From positions 1-64,000 of the forward strand of contig JBDRNT010000094.1 in the NCBI GenBank assembly GCA_043810925.1: a DNA stretch of 64,000 nt, read 5' to 3'. This DNA is from Candidatus Eiseniibacteriota bacterium (GTDB lineage: Bacteria > Arandabacterota > Arandabacteria > Arandabacterales > Arandabacteraceae). The position numbers and the translations under genes were made by a program. Of this stretch, positions 37,421 to 47,467 are shown piece by piece; positions within the stretch are counted from its first letter, which is position 1, and each line of letters begins with the position of its first letter. The notes under the pieces are model-generated. The model saw nothing but the letters and a program-made list of their open reading frames with translations. It was not told where the DNA came from and ran no database searches.

Positions 37421-37690
37421 GGTCGTGCTAGATGGGGAGGTAGCGGTGCCCTGTAACCCGCAAGCCGCTATAGCGGGATCGAACTCCCTTCTGCGGTCTT
37501 GTCTTCTTGGGAACGCGGCCGGGTAAGCGGTGTTGAAGATCAGGTCCTACGCAATGGAAACTTGTGAACCCCGTCAGGACCGGAAGGTAGCAGCGGTAAA
37601 CGAGAAACTCCATGTGCCGTAGGGTAACCTGGTTGGAGCTGGCTGCCCGGGAGGCACCCGGGGAGTGGGATCAAGGAAGGGTGCACGGCC
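37421..37690 (+). ncRNA. ffs: Large (Alu-domain) signal recognition particle RNA
   Basis: Helix-8 motif CAGGACCGGAAGGTAGCAG (37575-37593); Alu TGTAA motif; ends GGTCGTGC/GCACGGCC pair; lies before dnaX. Confidence 0.92.
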
Positions 37691-37718
37691 TGTTAAGCGT
37701 GTTAAGACAGAGGACGTC

Positions 37719-39410
37719 ATGACACCCGATAAGAGTGGCTACATAGTCATCGCAAGGAAGTGGCGACCCGCCACCTTTGACGAAGTGATCGGGCAGGAGC
37801 ATGTGAGCCGCACCCTCAAGAACGCCATAACAGGCGAGCGGGTGGCACACGCCTACCTGTTCACGGGCCCCCGTGGGGTCGGCAAGACGACGGTCGCAAG
37901 AGTGCTCGCGAAATCGCTCAACTGTGTTGATGGCCCCACCACGAATCCATGCGGCAAGTGCTCTGCCTGTACGGAGATTGCCCAGGGAACCAGTATGGAC
38001 GTGATGGAAATCGACGGCGCTTCAAACCGGGGTATAGATGAGATCAGGAACCTGAGAGAAAGCGTGCGGTATGCATCGGTTGGGGGGAAGAAGAAGGTCT
38101 ACATAATCGACGAAGTTCACATGCTGACCCAGGAGGCCTTCAACGCTCTTCTTAAGACGCTTGAAGAACCGCCGTCCCATGTCGTGTTTGTCTTCGCGAC
38201 CACCCAGCCGCTCAAGCTCCCCCGGACGATCGTTTCGAGATGCCAGCGTTTCGATTTCAGAAGGATACCTGCCGACAAGATCTCGGCAAGGCTCAAGCAT
38301 ATCTGTGAGGCAGAAGGGTTCACATGTGAGACCAATGCGCTTGCGATGATCTCCCAGCGGTCTGAGGGAAGCATGCGTGACGCTCAGAGCATGCTCGAGC
38401 AGGTACTTGCTTTCAGCGGAGGAACGGCGACCGAGGTTGACATAAGACCGATCATGGGCTTAAGGGGGAGCGAGACAGTATCATCCATCGCCAAAGCGAT
38501 CATGGGCGGTGATGAGGCCGGAGTCCTCACTCTCACGGGAGAAGCGTTCGATGGCGGGGTCGACCCGCTTGATCTCGTCGTCTCGCTTACCGAGTGGATC
38601 CGCTATCTCCTTATCGCCTCGATAGATGCCAAGTCGCGGGAGTTGGAGTCCCTGACCGATGAAACAAGGCGGGAGCTGGCCGGTGAGGTCGAGGGTGTGA
38701 CAACCGAGCACCTGCTTAGCCTGCTATCGATGATCGCTGATGCCGAGGACTCGGTCAAGCGGGCCGGCCATCAGAGATACCTGCTTGAATCGGTGCTGCT
38801 TCGTATGACGCATGTCAGATCGATCGCAAAGATATCCACACTGGTCGAGCTGCTGAAGAAGATGGAAGGCGGAGGCCCTTCGGGGGACAAGGGTCTCAAG
38901 GACGCCGGGGTACCGCTCCGCGATGCGGCTGTGCCCAGACCGGCCCGAAAGAAGAAGACCGCCGAGACCGCACAGGTGACGCCCCCAACCGCGGGCATAG
39001 TCACCGGCTGGCAGGATATCGTCGAGGGTCTGCGGGAGACCAAGACTGCTCTTGCCTCGATCCTCGATCTCTGTGAGCCGCCGAAACTGTCGGAGGGCGT
39101 ATACTGGCTGCAGGTACCGAGCTCTTTCCATGAGAGCATGGTTATGAAGGGCCAGAACATGCGCATATTGACACAGGAGTTCCAAAAGCTTACCAATACT
39201 GCGGTGGTCATACGGACCAGGGTAAGTGTCCCCGCTGAAGAAGCAGTCGAAGACACGGTAAGACCCAAAGACGAACCGACGACGGAAGAACTTGTCGCGC
39301 TCGCAAACAAGGACCCGATTGTCAAGACGCTGATCGAGAATCTGGGTGGCAAGGTCGTGGGAATAAGACAGCAGAAGAAGGACCGTTCTCAGAGAGAGCC
39401 GGCCTCGTGA
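37719..39410 (+). CDS. dnaX: DNA polymerase III subunit gamma/tau
   Basis: ARKWRP, GPRGVGKTT, IDEVHML, LLKTLEEPP, SRCQRF. Confidence 0.96.
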   Translation: MTPDKSGYIVIARKWRPATFDEVIGQEHVSRTLKNAITGERVAHAYLFTGPRGVGKTTVARVLAKSLNCVDGPTTNPCGKCSACTEIAQGTSMDVMEIDGASNRGIDEIRNLRESVRYASVGGKKKVYIIDEVHMLTQEAFNALLKTLEEPPSHVVFVFATTQPLKLPRTIVSRCQRFDFRRIPADKISARLKHICEAEGFTCETNALAMISQRSEGSMRDAQSMLEQVLAFSGGTATEVDIRPIMGLRGSETVSSIAKAIMGGDEAGVLTLTGEAFDGGVDPLDLVVSLTEWIRYLLIASIDAKSRELESLTDETRRELAGEVEGVTTEHLLSLLSMIADAEDSVKRAGHQRYLLESVLLRMTHVRSIAKISTLVELLKKMEGGGPSGDKGLKDAGVPLRDAAVPRPARKKKTAETAQVTPPTAGIVTGWQDIVEGLRETKTALASILDLCEPPKLSEGVYWLQVPSSFHESMVMKGQNMRILTQEFQKLTNTAVVIRTRVSVPAEEAVEDTVRPKDEPTTEELVALANKDPIVKTLIENLGGKVVGIRQQKKDRSQREPAS

Positions 39411-39424
39411 GGAGGTGACATCCG

Positions 39425-39742
39425 GTGAGTAACAAGTTGGGGGATATCATGCGGCAGGCGCAGAAGCTGCAGACCCAGATGAAGAAGATCCAGGATGAGC
39501 TTGCAGATAAGACCGTCGAAGCCTCAGCCGGAGGAGGCATGGTCACGGTAATAGCGAACGGAAAACAGGACATCATCAGCATCAAGATCGATCCTGAGGT
39601 CGTCAGCAAGGACGATGTGGAGATGCTCGAGGATCTTATAGTTGCTGCAGTTAACGAATCCAGAAAGCGGGCCCAGGAGCTGATGATGGGCGAGATGGCG
39701 AAGGTGACGGGTGGAATGGGCTTGCCCCCTGGCATGTTCTGA
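39425..39742 (+). CDS. ybaB: YbaB/EbfC nucleoid-associated protein
   Basis: QAQKLQ, AGGGMV, LEDLIVAAVN; dnaX-ybaB-recR synteny. Confidence 0.95.
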   Translation: MSNKLGDIMRQAQKLQTQMKKIQDELADKTVEASAGGGMVTVIANGKQDIISIKIDPEVVSKDDVEMLEDLIVAAVNESRKRAQELMMGEMAKVTGGMGLPPGMF

Positions 39743-39753
39743 TGAGGTAAACC

Positions 39754-40356
39754 TTGCTTGGCAGTTCCGATAGAATCGAACGACTGATTCAAGAGCTCAC
39801 CAAGATGCCGACGATAGGCAGGCGTACGGCGCAGCGGCTTGCGCTCTACCTGCTCAAGGCGCCGTCGGAGGAAGTCACGGCGCTCGCACGGGCCATGATC
39901 GAGATGAAGAAGAGGGTCAAGTACTGCTCGGAGTGCGGTGGGATCACGGAGCAGGATCCGTGCGCAATATGCTGCGACCCCAGGCGTGACCGGTCGGTGA
40001 TCTGCGTTGTCGAGGAACCCGGTAATGTGATGGGCGTGGAGAGGACGGGCGAGTTTAAAGGTCTCTATCATGTCCTCCACGGCAGGCTGTCGCCGCTTGA
40101 CGGTGTCGGCCCCGAGGATCTGTCGGTCGAGAGCCTCCTGGACCGGATAAGAACGCAGGGAACACGTGAAGTCATCATAGCGACCAACCCGAATGTCGAA
40201 GGTGAGGCGACATGCAACTATGTTGCGGGACTGGTCAAACCGCTTGGTGTCAGGGTTACGACGATAGCACGGGGCGTCCCGATGGGCAGTGACCTTGACC
40301 TTGCCGATGAGGTCACCCTTGCAAGGGCTATTGAGGGACGCGGAGAGATCAAGTAA
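39754..40356 (+). CDS. recR: Recombination mediator RecR
   Basis: IGRRTAQRLA, C4 zinc finger, YHVLHG, ATNPNVEGEAT. Confidence 0.96.
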   Translation: MLGSSDRIERLIQELTKMPTIGRRTAQRLALYLLKAPSEEVTALARAMIEMKKRVKYCSECGGITEQDPCAICCDPRRDRSVICVVEEPGNVMGVERTGEFKGLYHVLHGRLSPLDGVGPEDLSVESLLDRIRTQGTREVIIATNPNVEGEATCNYVAGLVKPLGVRVTTIARGVPMGSDLDLADEVTLARAIEGRGEIK

Positions 40357-40376
40357 ATTCTTATGAGGAGGATGTC

Positions 40377-40952
40377 ATGGGTGCATTGACTGAAATAAGG
40401 TGGCATGGAAGAGGAGGGCAGGGTGCCAAAACCGCGTCATTCCTGCTTGCCGAGTCGCTTATAGACCAGGGCAAGTTCGCACAGGGCTTCCCTGACTACG
40501 GACCGGAGCGCATGGGTGCCCCGATAAGGGGATACAACAGAATATGCGACGAACCCGTGAGTCTCCACTGTGATGTGGCGGCTCCCGGTATCGTGATTGT
40601 CCTGGATCCGACCCTGATCGGAACTGATGACATCACGGGTGGACTTCTTAAGGACGGCACGGTGCTGGTCAATTCTCCGAGTGGTGCGGAGGAGATCAGG
40701 AAAGAGCTCGGTCTCGAGGGCGGCAGTGTGTATACGGTGGATGCCACGGGGATTGCTCTTGATGAGATCGGTAGACCCATTCCAAACCTACCCATGATAG
40801 GCGCGCTCCTAAAGGTGACCGGTCTGGCGGACATAGACAGCATGACGTCGATTGTGCGCAAGAAGTTTGAAGGCAAATTCACAAAGCCGATCATCGACGG
40901 CAACGTAAGAGCTATGAAAAGGGCTTACGAGGAGGTAAGAGCAGAGAAATGA
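40377..40952 (+). CDS. porC: Pyruvate/2-oxoacid:ferredoxin oxidoreductase gamma subunit
   Basis: WHGRGGQGAKT, YGPERMGAP. Confidence 0.92.
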   Translation: MGALTEIRWHGRGGQGAKTASFLLAESLIDQGKFAQGFPDYGPERMGAPIRGYNRICDEPVSLHCDVAAPGIVIVLDPTLIGTDDITGGLLKDGTVLVNSPSGAEEIRKELGLEGGSVYTVDATGIALDEIGRPIPNLPMIGALLKVTGLADIDSMTSIVRKKFEGKFTKPIIDGNVRAMKRAYEEVRAEK

Positions 40953-41257
40953 AGAAGAAGGGGTGGAAGGAACTGGCGATTGGCGGACGAATAGATGAGG
41001 CGGGCTGCGCCGAACAATATGAAACCGGTTCGTGGCGCACCTTCAGGCCCGTAAGAGATGAGGAAAAGTGTACTCACTGTCTCAGGTGCTGGATCTACTG
41101 CCCTGATTCTGCCATAAAGGTTGAGGACGGCAAGGTGGTCGGCCTCGATCTCGATCACTGCAAGGGCTGCGGCATATGCGCCGAGGTCTGTCCGCCGAAG
41201 ATACATGCGATCGAGATGATCCAGGAGGCCGAATTGAAGCAGAAGGAGCATGAGTGA
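40949..41257 (+). CDS. porD: Pyruvate/2-oxoacid:ferredoxin oxidoreductase delta subunit
   Basis: TGSWRTFRP; two 4Fe-4S motifs. Confidence 0.92.
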   Translation: MKKKGWKELAIGGRIDEAGCAEQYETGSWRTFRPVRDEEKCTHCLRCWIYCPDSAIKVEDGKVVGLDLDHCKGCGICAEVCPPKIHAIEMIQEAELKQKEHE

Positions 41258-42450
41258 TGAAAACCATTGCAGAGAAGACGGTGATTGCACTCACCGGCAA
41301 CGATGCCGTTGCGGAGGCGATGAGGCAGGTCAATCCGGATGTCGTGGCCGCCTATCCGATAACGCCCCAGACCGAGCTCATGCACAAGTTCGCCGACTAT
41401 GTTTCCGACGGCTGGGTTAAGACCGAGTTCGTGCTCGTGGAAAGCGAGCACAGTGCAATGAGCGCCGCCGTAGGTGCCTCGGCCGCGGGCGCCAGGGTGA
41501 TGACCGCTACATCTGCCAACGGGCTGGCCCTGATGTGGGAGATCCTCTACATAGCTGCTTCCACGCGTTGCCCGATAGTGATGGGGGTCGTAAACCGCGC
41601 CCTGAGCGCACCCATAAACATACACTGCGACCACAGCGATTCGATGGGTGCAAGAGATGCGGGCTGGATACACCTGCATTCCGAGAACTCACAGGAAGCA
41701 TACGATAACACTGTCCAGGCCGTCAGAATCGCCGAGAACAGGGATATCCTGCTGCCGGTGATGGTCTGCCTCGACGGATTCATCTTAAGCCACACGCTCG
41801 AGCCGGTTGAGCTCTTAAAAGACGCGACCGTGCAGAACTTCATCGGGGATTTCAAACCCGTACACGATCTTCTGAATACCGACAAACCGATGACATTCGG
41901 ACCTCTGGACTTCCATGATTTCTACTTCGAACACAAGATTCCTCAGATCGAGGCAATGAAGAAAGCGCCGGAGGTTATAAGGAGCGTTGCGGCCGAATTC
42001 GAAAGTCTTTCCGGACGCCACTACGGCCTTGTCGAGCGCTACTTCACTGATGATGCGGAGCGCATAATAGTCGCGATCGGCTCAACATGCGGGACTACAA
42101 AGGCGGTCGTCGACAAACTCAGGGCCGACGGCCAGAAGGTGGGGCTCCTTAAGATAAGGAGCTTCAGACCGTTTCCGTATGCCGAGGTGAGAGAAGCGCT
42201 TTCGGGTGCAAAGGCGGTCGGGGTTCTCGACAGATCGCATTCATTCGGAGCCCAGGGCGGGCCGGTGATGATCGAAACAAGGTGTGCCCTTTACCACAAC
42301 GCCGAGGTCCCCATCAAAGGCTATATCTACGGTCTCGGCGGACGTGACATGTCCGCGGCGCTTGTCGAGCAGGCATTCGAAGAACTCAAAGCACTGGTCT
42401 CGAGCGGCAGAAGCTCGGATGAAATCGGTTTTCTGGGTGTGAGGGAATAG
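41254..42450 (+). CDS. porA: Pyruvate/2-oxoacid:ferredoxin oxidoreductase alpha subunit
   Basis: AYPITPQT, ESEHSA, NRALSAP, DGFILSH. Confidence 0.93.
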   Translation: MMKTIAEKTVIALTGNDAVAEAMRQVNPDVVAAYPITPQTELMHKFADYVSDGWVKTEFVLVESEHSAMSAAVGASAAGARVMTATSANGLALMWEILYIAASTRCPIVMGVVNRALSAPINIHCDHSDSMGARDAGWIHLHSENSQEAYDNTVQAVRIAENRDILLPVMVCLDGFILSHTLEPVELLKDATVQNFIGDFKPVHDLLNTDKPMTFGPLDFHDFYFEHKIPQIEAMKKAPEVIRSVAAEFESLSGRHYGLVERYFTDDAERIIVAIGSTCGTTKAVVDKLRADGQKVGLLKIRSFRPFPYAEVREALSGAKAVGVLDRSHSFGAQGGPVMIETRCALYHNAEVPIKGYIYGLGGRDMSAALVEQAFEELKALVSSGRSSDEIGFLGVRE

Positions 42451-42463
42451 GAGGTTTTTTAAA

Positions 42464-43423
42464 GTGGCAAGTCTAAAAGAGCTTTCCAAGCGAGAAGATC
42501 TTCTCACCGGTGGGCACCGGGCCTGTGCGGGGTGCGCCGCGACCATCGTCGCGCGCCAGGTGTTGCTGGCTGCGGGAAAAGATGTGGTCGTGGGATGTGC
42601 TACCGGGTGTCTCGAAGTTGTCACCACGATCTTTCCCTACACAGCGTGGAAGGTGCCCTACATACACAATGCCTTCGAGAACGTGGCCTCCACCGTGAGT
42701 GGGGTGGAGTCGGCCTACAGGTCGCTTAAGCGGCAGGGCAAGATCACCAAGGAAATGAAGTTTATCGCCTTCGGCGGTGACGGCGGTACGTACGATATCG
42801 GGCTTCAAGCGCTTTCGGGGATGGCCGAGCGGGGACACCGGATACTCTACATCTGCTACGACAATGAGGCTTATATGAATACCGGTATCCAGCGCTCGAG
42901 CGCTACACCCATCGGGGCGGCGACATCGACATGCCCGGCGGGTGACGAGATACCCGGCAAGACCCAGTACCACAAAGACATGACGAAGATCATGGCCGCC
43001 CACAGAATTCCCTATGTCGCCCAGGCATCGCCGAGCAACTATGCGGATCTCATGCGTAAGGTCGAGAAAGCCCTTTCAAAGGACGGCCCGGGTTTCATCA
43101 ACATCCTGTCACCCTGCCACAGGGGCTGGCGTTACCCGATGGAAAAGACGATAGAAATTGCAAGGCTGGCCGTGGAGACGTGTTTCTGGCCGCTCTATGA
43201 GTGTGATGAAGGCGTGTGGAAGATAACCTATATGCCCAAAGAGAAGCTCCCGCTCAGCGAGTTCACCGGCAAGCAGGGCAGGTTCGATCATCTCAAAGAC
43301 AACCCGGAGGTGCTCCAGGCAGGACAGGATGAGATCGACAGACGCTGGCGTGAGCTCCAGACACTTTCGGGCATCGGCAATCTCTGTGAAGCTGCGTGCG
43401 AAGAGCGTAAGGACGGCAATTGA
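42464..43423 (+). CDS. porB: Pyruvate/2-oxoacid:ferredoxin oxidoreductase beta subunit
   Basis: CAGC, GDGGTYDIG...DNEAYMNTG TPP-binding motif. Confidence 0.93.
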   Translation: MASLKELSKREDLLTGGHRACAGCAATIVARQVLLAAGKDVVVGCATGCLEVVTTIFPYTAWKVPYIHNAFENVASTVSGVESAYRSLKRQGKITKEMKFIAFGGDGGTYDIGLQALSGMAERGHRILYICYDNEAYMNTGIQRSSATPIGAATSTCPAGDEIPGKTQYHKDMTKIMAAHRIPYVAQASPSNYADLMRKVEKALSKDGPGFINILSPCHRGWRYPMEKTIEIARLAVETCFWPLYECDEGVWKITYMPKEKLPLSEFTGKQGRFDHLKDNPEVLQAGQDEIDRRWRELQTLSGIGNLCEAACEERKDGN

Positions 43424-43899
43424 GAAGAAGTCCCGCCGATAGTCTGGCTGTGGCGGTCGGCACCGGTATCTACTCCGGCTACTTCCCCATATTTCCCGGC
43501 ACGGTGGGCAGTGCCGTCGGGATCGTGCTCTACCTGGTCCTTGTCCGTTTGGGTATTCTCGCCCAGGACTTCTCGGCCGCCTGGCTTGTCACCGTGGGTG
43601 TCGTCTTCGCAGGGGGCGTTCTGTCCGCCCACAGGTGCGAGACCCTGTTCGGTCAGGACAACAAGCGGATCGTGATCGATGAGGTTTGGGGCATGCTGAT
43701 CGCGCTCTTCATGCTGCCCGTGTCCTGGTGGTGGATGCTCTGGGCATTTCTGATCTTCCGTTTTCTCGACATAGTCAAACCCTTTCCGGCACGGCGGGCT
43801 GAACGCATGGGCGGCGGCCTTGCGATCATGCTGGATGACGGCATTGCAGGGGCGTATACAGTTCTTATCCTCCAGATACTAAAAGCCATTCTTGGGTGA
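43420..43899 (+). CDS. pgpA: Phosphatidylglycerophosphatase A
   Basis: PGTVGS, IVIDEV, FRFLDIVKP, IMLDD. Confidence 0.92.
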   Translation: MRRSPADSLAVAVGTGIYSGYFPIFPGTVGSAVGIVLYLVLVRLGILAQDFSAAWLVTVGVVFAGGVLSAHRCETLFGQDNKRIVIDEVWGMLIALFMLPVSWWWMLWAFLIFRFLDIVKPFPARRAERMGGGLAIMLDDGIAGAYTVLILQILKAILG

Positions 43900-43905
43900 C
43901 GACCG

Positions 43906-45162
43906 ATGAGAGCGAGCATTATCACGATCGGCGATGAGCTAATCGGCGGTGAGACGGTCGACACCAATTCCGTATACCTTGCACGGCGGTTGGGGGAGCT
44001 CGGGATCGGCGTGGTGCGTATTGTCAGCATTGCCGATGATGCGGATGAAATCTCCTCCGAGCTGATGCGTGCCGTGGACGAGGCGGATCTTGTTTTTGTA
44101 ACCGGGGGCCTCGGATCGACTGCCGATGATGTTACCAAGTGCGCGGTGGCCCGCGCGACGGGGCGGGAGCCGTTTGTCGATGAGCGCCTGTTGAGTGACC
44201 TCAAGGAACGCTTCAAAGACCACAAAGGTGTCCAGCCATACGTGCTTGAGAACCTGGCGACGCTTCCCGGGGGTTCAAGGCCGCTTGAAAACCCGGTCGG
44301 CGCTGCGGCCGGCCTCGCTGTGTCCTTTAGGGACAGCACGGTATACCTGTTCCCGGGTGTGCCGCGCGAGATGGAAGCGATCTTCGAGGGAACAGTTGTC
44401 GGGGAACTCAGAGAGCGTCGATCCGACGAATTCAGGAAGACGAGGCTCGTGAGGACCATAGGTATAAGTGAATCCCGGATCGCCGAACGGCTGGAGCACA
44501 TGCTTCCCCTGCCGGGTATTTCGCTCGGGTCTCTCCCGAGAACGGCCGGTGTTGACTTAAGACTCACTGCGACGGCCGGGAACGAGGCCGAAGCCGACAG
44601 CGCCCTTGAAGCGGCAATCGAGATGATGACCGGACCCCTTGGACGGCAGGTCTATTCGACTGAAGGGGAGGACCTGCATGTCGTTGTCGGCAGGATGCTC
44701 ATTGAAAAGCGGAAGACGATTGCTGTTGCCGAGTCATGTACCGGGGGGCTTGTTGCCCATCTTCTGACCGACGTCGCAGGTATCTCAGCGAGTCTCGAGC
44801 GTGGAATCGTCTCGTACAGCAACGAGGCCAAGGTGGAGAGCCTCAATGTCGATGAGGCGCTGATACGCGATCATGGAGCCGTGAGTCCGGAGGTTGCGGA
44901 TGCGATGGCGCGCTGTGTCAGACGTCTCGCAGGCACCGACATAGGAGTTTCCACGACCGGGATTGCAGGACCCGCGGGTGGGACTGAGGATAAGCCCGTG
45001 GGGCTGGTCTATACGGCACTCGCCTGTGACGAGGGATGCACGGTAAGCAAGAACGTCTTCAGAGGTGCGAGGACCGTCGTAAAGCAGCGGGCCGCGGCAC
45101 ATGTCCTCGATATGATAAGATGCCACCTGCTTGATGCGGAGCGTGAGCAATGGACAAGATAA
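43906..45162 (+). CDS. cinA: Competence/damage-inducible protein CinA (MocF + PncC domains)
   Basis: IGDELI, DTNS, GGLG, PGVP, AESCTGG, GAVS, TTGIAGP. Confidence 0.93.
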   Translation: MRASIITIGDELIGGETVDTNSVYLARRLGELGIGVVRIVSIADDADEISSELMRAVDEADLVFVTGGLGSTADDVTKCAVARATGREPFVDERLLSDLKERFKDHKGVQPYVLENLATLPGGSRPLENPVGAAAGLAVSFRDSTVYLFPGVPREMEAIFEGTVVGELRERRSDEFRKTRLVRTIGISESRIAERLEHMLPLPGISLGSLPRTAGVDLRLTATAGNEAEADSALEAAIEMMTGPLGRQVYSTEGEDLHVVVGRMLIEKRKTIAVAESCTGGLVAHLLTDVAGISASLERGIVSYSNEAKVESLNVDEALIRDHGAVSPEVADAMARCVRRLAGTDIGVSTTGIAGPAGGTEDKPVGLVYTALACDEGCTVSKNVFRGARTVVKQRAAAHVLDMIRCHLLDAEREQWTR

Positions 45163-45725
45163 GAGCCTTTATAGCCGTCCCGATACCCGATGAGGTCAAG
45201 ACGGTCGTGGGCGAGGTTGAAGACGATCTAAGACAAGCCGGCGCGGATGTGAAGTGGGTGGTTCCCGGGAACGTTCACATCACGCTTAAGTTCCTGGGCG
45301 ACATACTGGTGGACAGTGTCGGCGTGCTCGTGCGTGCACTCTCCGACGGCCTCCGGGGCGCCCGTTCCTTTGAGGTCATGCTCGCGGGAACGGGGACCTT
45401 TCCCCACGGGCGGCGGGCGCCGCGGGTGGTGTGGATCGGGATGGAAGACGGGAAGGAGCGCCTGGCTGAAATCGCCGGCAGCGTTGAAGAGGCCTGCTTC
45501 CGGCTGGGCTATGAGAAGGAGGATAGACCCTTCCGGCCCCACCTTACGATCGGCAGGGTGCGGAGAGATTCCGGCAACCTCGAGCGCCTGAGAGAGCATG
45601 TGGAAAAGGTCGAATTTAAACCCTTGAAACTGGAAGTCAATCGCGTTAATCTCGTAAGAAGTAAGCTCAGCCCCCGAGGGCCTGCCTATACGGTTCTAGA
45701 GAGTCTTACTCTCGAGCGGTCATGA
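45150..45725 (+). CDS. thpR: RNA 2',3'-cyclic phosphodiesterase (2H family)
   Basis: HITLKFLG and HLTIGR motifs. Confidence 0.93.
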   Translation: MDKIRAFIAVPIPDEVKTVVGEVEDDLRQAGADVKWVVPGNVHITLKFLGDILVDSVGVLVRALSDGLRGARSFEVMLAGTGTFPHGRRAPRVVWIGMEDGKERLAEIAGSVEEACFRLGYEKEDRPFRPHLTIGRVRRDSGNLERLREHVEKVEFKPLKLEVNRVNLVRSKLSPRGPAYTVLESLTLERS

Positions 45726-45741
45726 GAAGGGAGGTTGGGGT

Positions 45742-46800
45742 ATGGTTTCGAAGCAGAAGTCTGCACGGGTGGAAAAGACAGTTGATCGGTCCGGTAATAA
45801 GACCCAGGCACTTGAGGTCGCGATCACCCAGATAGAGCGGCAGTACGGTAAAGGATCCATAATGCGGCTCGGTGAGGGTGCTACATGCGAAGAGATAGGC
45901 ATTATCTCTACAGGTTCAATCGGGCTTGATACCGCGCTCGGGATAGGAGGGGTCCCCCGGGGGAGAGTGGTCGAGGTGTTCGGTCCGGAGTCCTCGGGCA
46001 AGACCACGCTCGTACTTCACATCATTGCAGAGGCACAGAAGACCGGCGGGCTCGCAGCATTCATCGACGCGGAGCACGCGCTCGATCCGTCCTATGCCCG
46101 GAAGCTGGGTGTGGATGTCGATAACCTGCTCGTCTCGCAGCCCGACACGGGTGAGCAGGCACTCGAGATAACCGACATGCTCGTAAGGAGCGGGGCACTC
46201 GCTCTGGTTGCCATCGACTCGGTGGCCGCACTCGTACCGCGGGCGGAGATCGACGGCGAGATGGGTGAGACCCAGATGGGACTCCAGGCGCGGCTGATGT
46301 CTCAGGCCCTGAGAAAGCTAACGGGAAGTATAAGTAAATCAAGAACTTGTGTGATTTTCGTAAACCAGATTCGAATGAATATCGGTGTGATGTTCGGCAA
46401 CCCCGAAACAACCTCGGGAGGCCGGGCTCTCAAGTTCTACTCATCGGTGCGGATCGACATAAGAAGGATCGGCTCGATCAAGGACCGCGACCAGATGATC
46501 GGCAACAGAACACGGGCCAAGGTGGTCAAGAACAAGGTGGCGCCGCCGTTTAAAGATGCCGAATTCGACATCATCTATGGTGAGGGTATCTCCCGGGAAG
46601 GCGAGCTCATCGACCTGGGCATCATCCACAATCTGATCGAGAAGAGCGGGACGTGGTTCTCATTCGGTAAGGAACGCCTGGGCCAGGGCAGGGACAACGC
46701 AAGGAAGTACCTCACAGAGAATGCAGAACTTGCGAACAGTATCGAGACGAGGATCAGGGAGATACTGGAGCTGCCGGCGAAATCAACGCCAAGTGCGTGA
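45742..46800 (+). CDS. recA: Recombinase A
   Basis: [29 protein letters not shown]. Confidence 0.98.
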   Translation: MVSKQKSARVEKTVDRSGNKTQALEVAITQIERQYGKGSIMRLGEGATCEEIGIISTGSIGLDTALGIGGVPRGRVVEVFGPESSGKTTLVLHIIAEAQKTGGLAAFIDAEHALDPSYARKLGVDVDNLLVSQPDTGEQALEITDMLVRSGALALVAIDSVAALVPRAEIDGEMGETQMGLQARLMSQALRKLTGSISKSRTCVIFVNQIRMNIGVMFGNPETTSGGRALKFYSSVRIDIRRIGSIKDRDQMIGNRTRAKVVKNKVAPPFKDAEFDIIYGEGISREGELIDLGIIHNLIEKSGTWFSFGKERLGQGRDNARKYLTENAELANSIETRIREILELPAKSTPSA

Positions 46801-46801
46801 C

Positions 46802-47467
46802 ATGACCCGGTGTCAGGCTGCACCCACGATATCCGCGGTGGAGAAAGTCTCTCGCAAGCAGGAGTATCTTCTCAGGCTCTCGGACGGCTCCACGATCAGG
46901 GTTCTCAAAGAGCACCTGACGCGTTCCGGACTTGAAGAAGGACGGCCGTTGGGGGAGGATACCAGACGTGAGATCGCCGACTCGTATGAATACGCCAAAG
47001 CCAGGGAAATCGCGCTCCGGCTCCTGAAGACGCGGCCGCGGACAGAGGAGGAATTGAAGCGGCGTTTCCGAAAATCTGATCTCAGGGTGAAGATCTGGGA
47101 ACGGGTTCTGGATGATCTTAAGGACGAGGGGCAGGTAGACGATCGAGTGTTCGCGCAACTCTGGATCAGGGAGAAGATCGGCAGGGCCGGCTCAGGGAGA
47201 AAGCGTATCGCAAGCGACTTAAGATCGAAGGGGATCGACAGGACAATAGTCGAAGAAGAGATCGCCAGGAATTACGATGACGCTGATGAGACCGAGATAG
47301 CAAAACGGCTTGCGATCAAACGGTTGGGCAGGTTGAAATCCCTGCCTGCAGGTGTGGCAAGGCGGCGGATCTACGGTCTTCTTCTGAGACGCGGCTTTCA
47401 GTCCGATGTTGCATCGGCCGCACTCGAAGCAGCTCTTGAAACGGCAAGCAGGGAAGAGACGACATGA
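46802..47467 (+). CDS. recX: RecX regulator
   Basis: RPRTEEEL, VDDRVFA, L.SKGI, RRGF; follows recA. Confidence 0.9.
   Translation: MTRCQAAPTISAVEKVSRKQEYLLRLSDGSTIRVLKEHLTRSGLEEGRPLGEDTRREIADSYEYAKAREIALRLLKTRPRTEEELKRRFRKSDLRVKIWERVLDDLKDEGQVDDRVFAQLWIREKIGRAGSGRKRIASDLRSKGIDRTIVEEEIARNYDDADETEIAKRLAIKRLGRLKSLPAGVARRRIYGLLLRRGFQSDVASAALEAALETASREETT

Noticed and set aside
37665..37718. dnaX start at 37665 from the ORF track
   Set aside because: It overlaps the SRP RNA 3' end; ATG 37719 has an AGAGGA RBS and fits the family N-terminus.
38900..39000. Programmed -1 frameshift in dnaX
   Set aside because: No AAAAAAG heptamer or long A run seen in the linker region.
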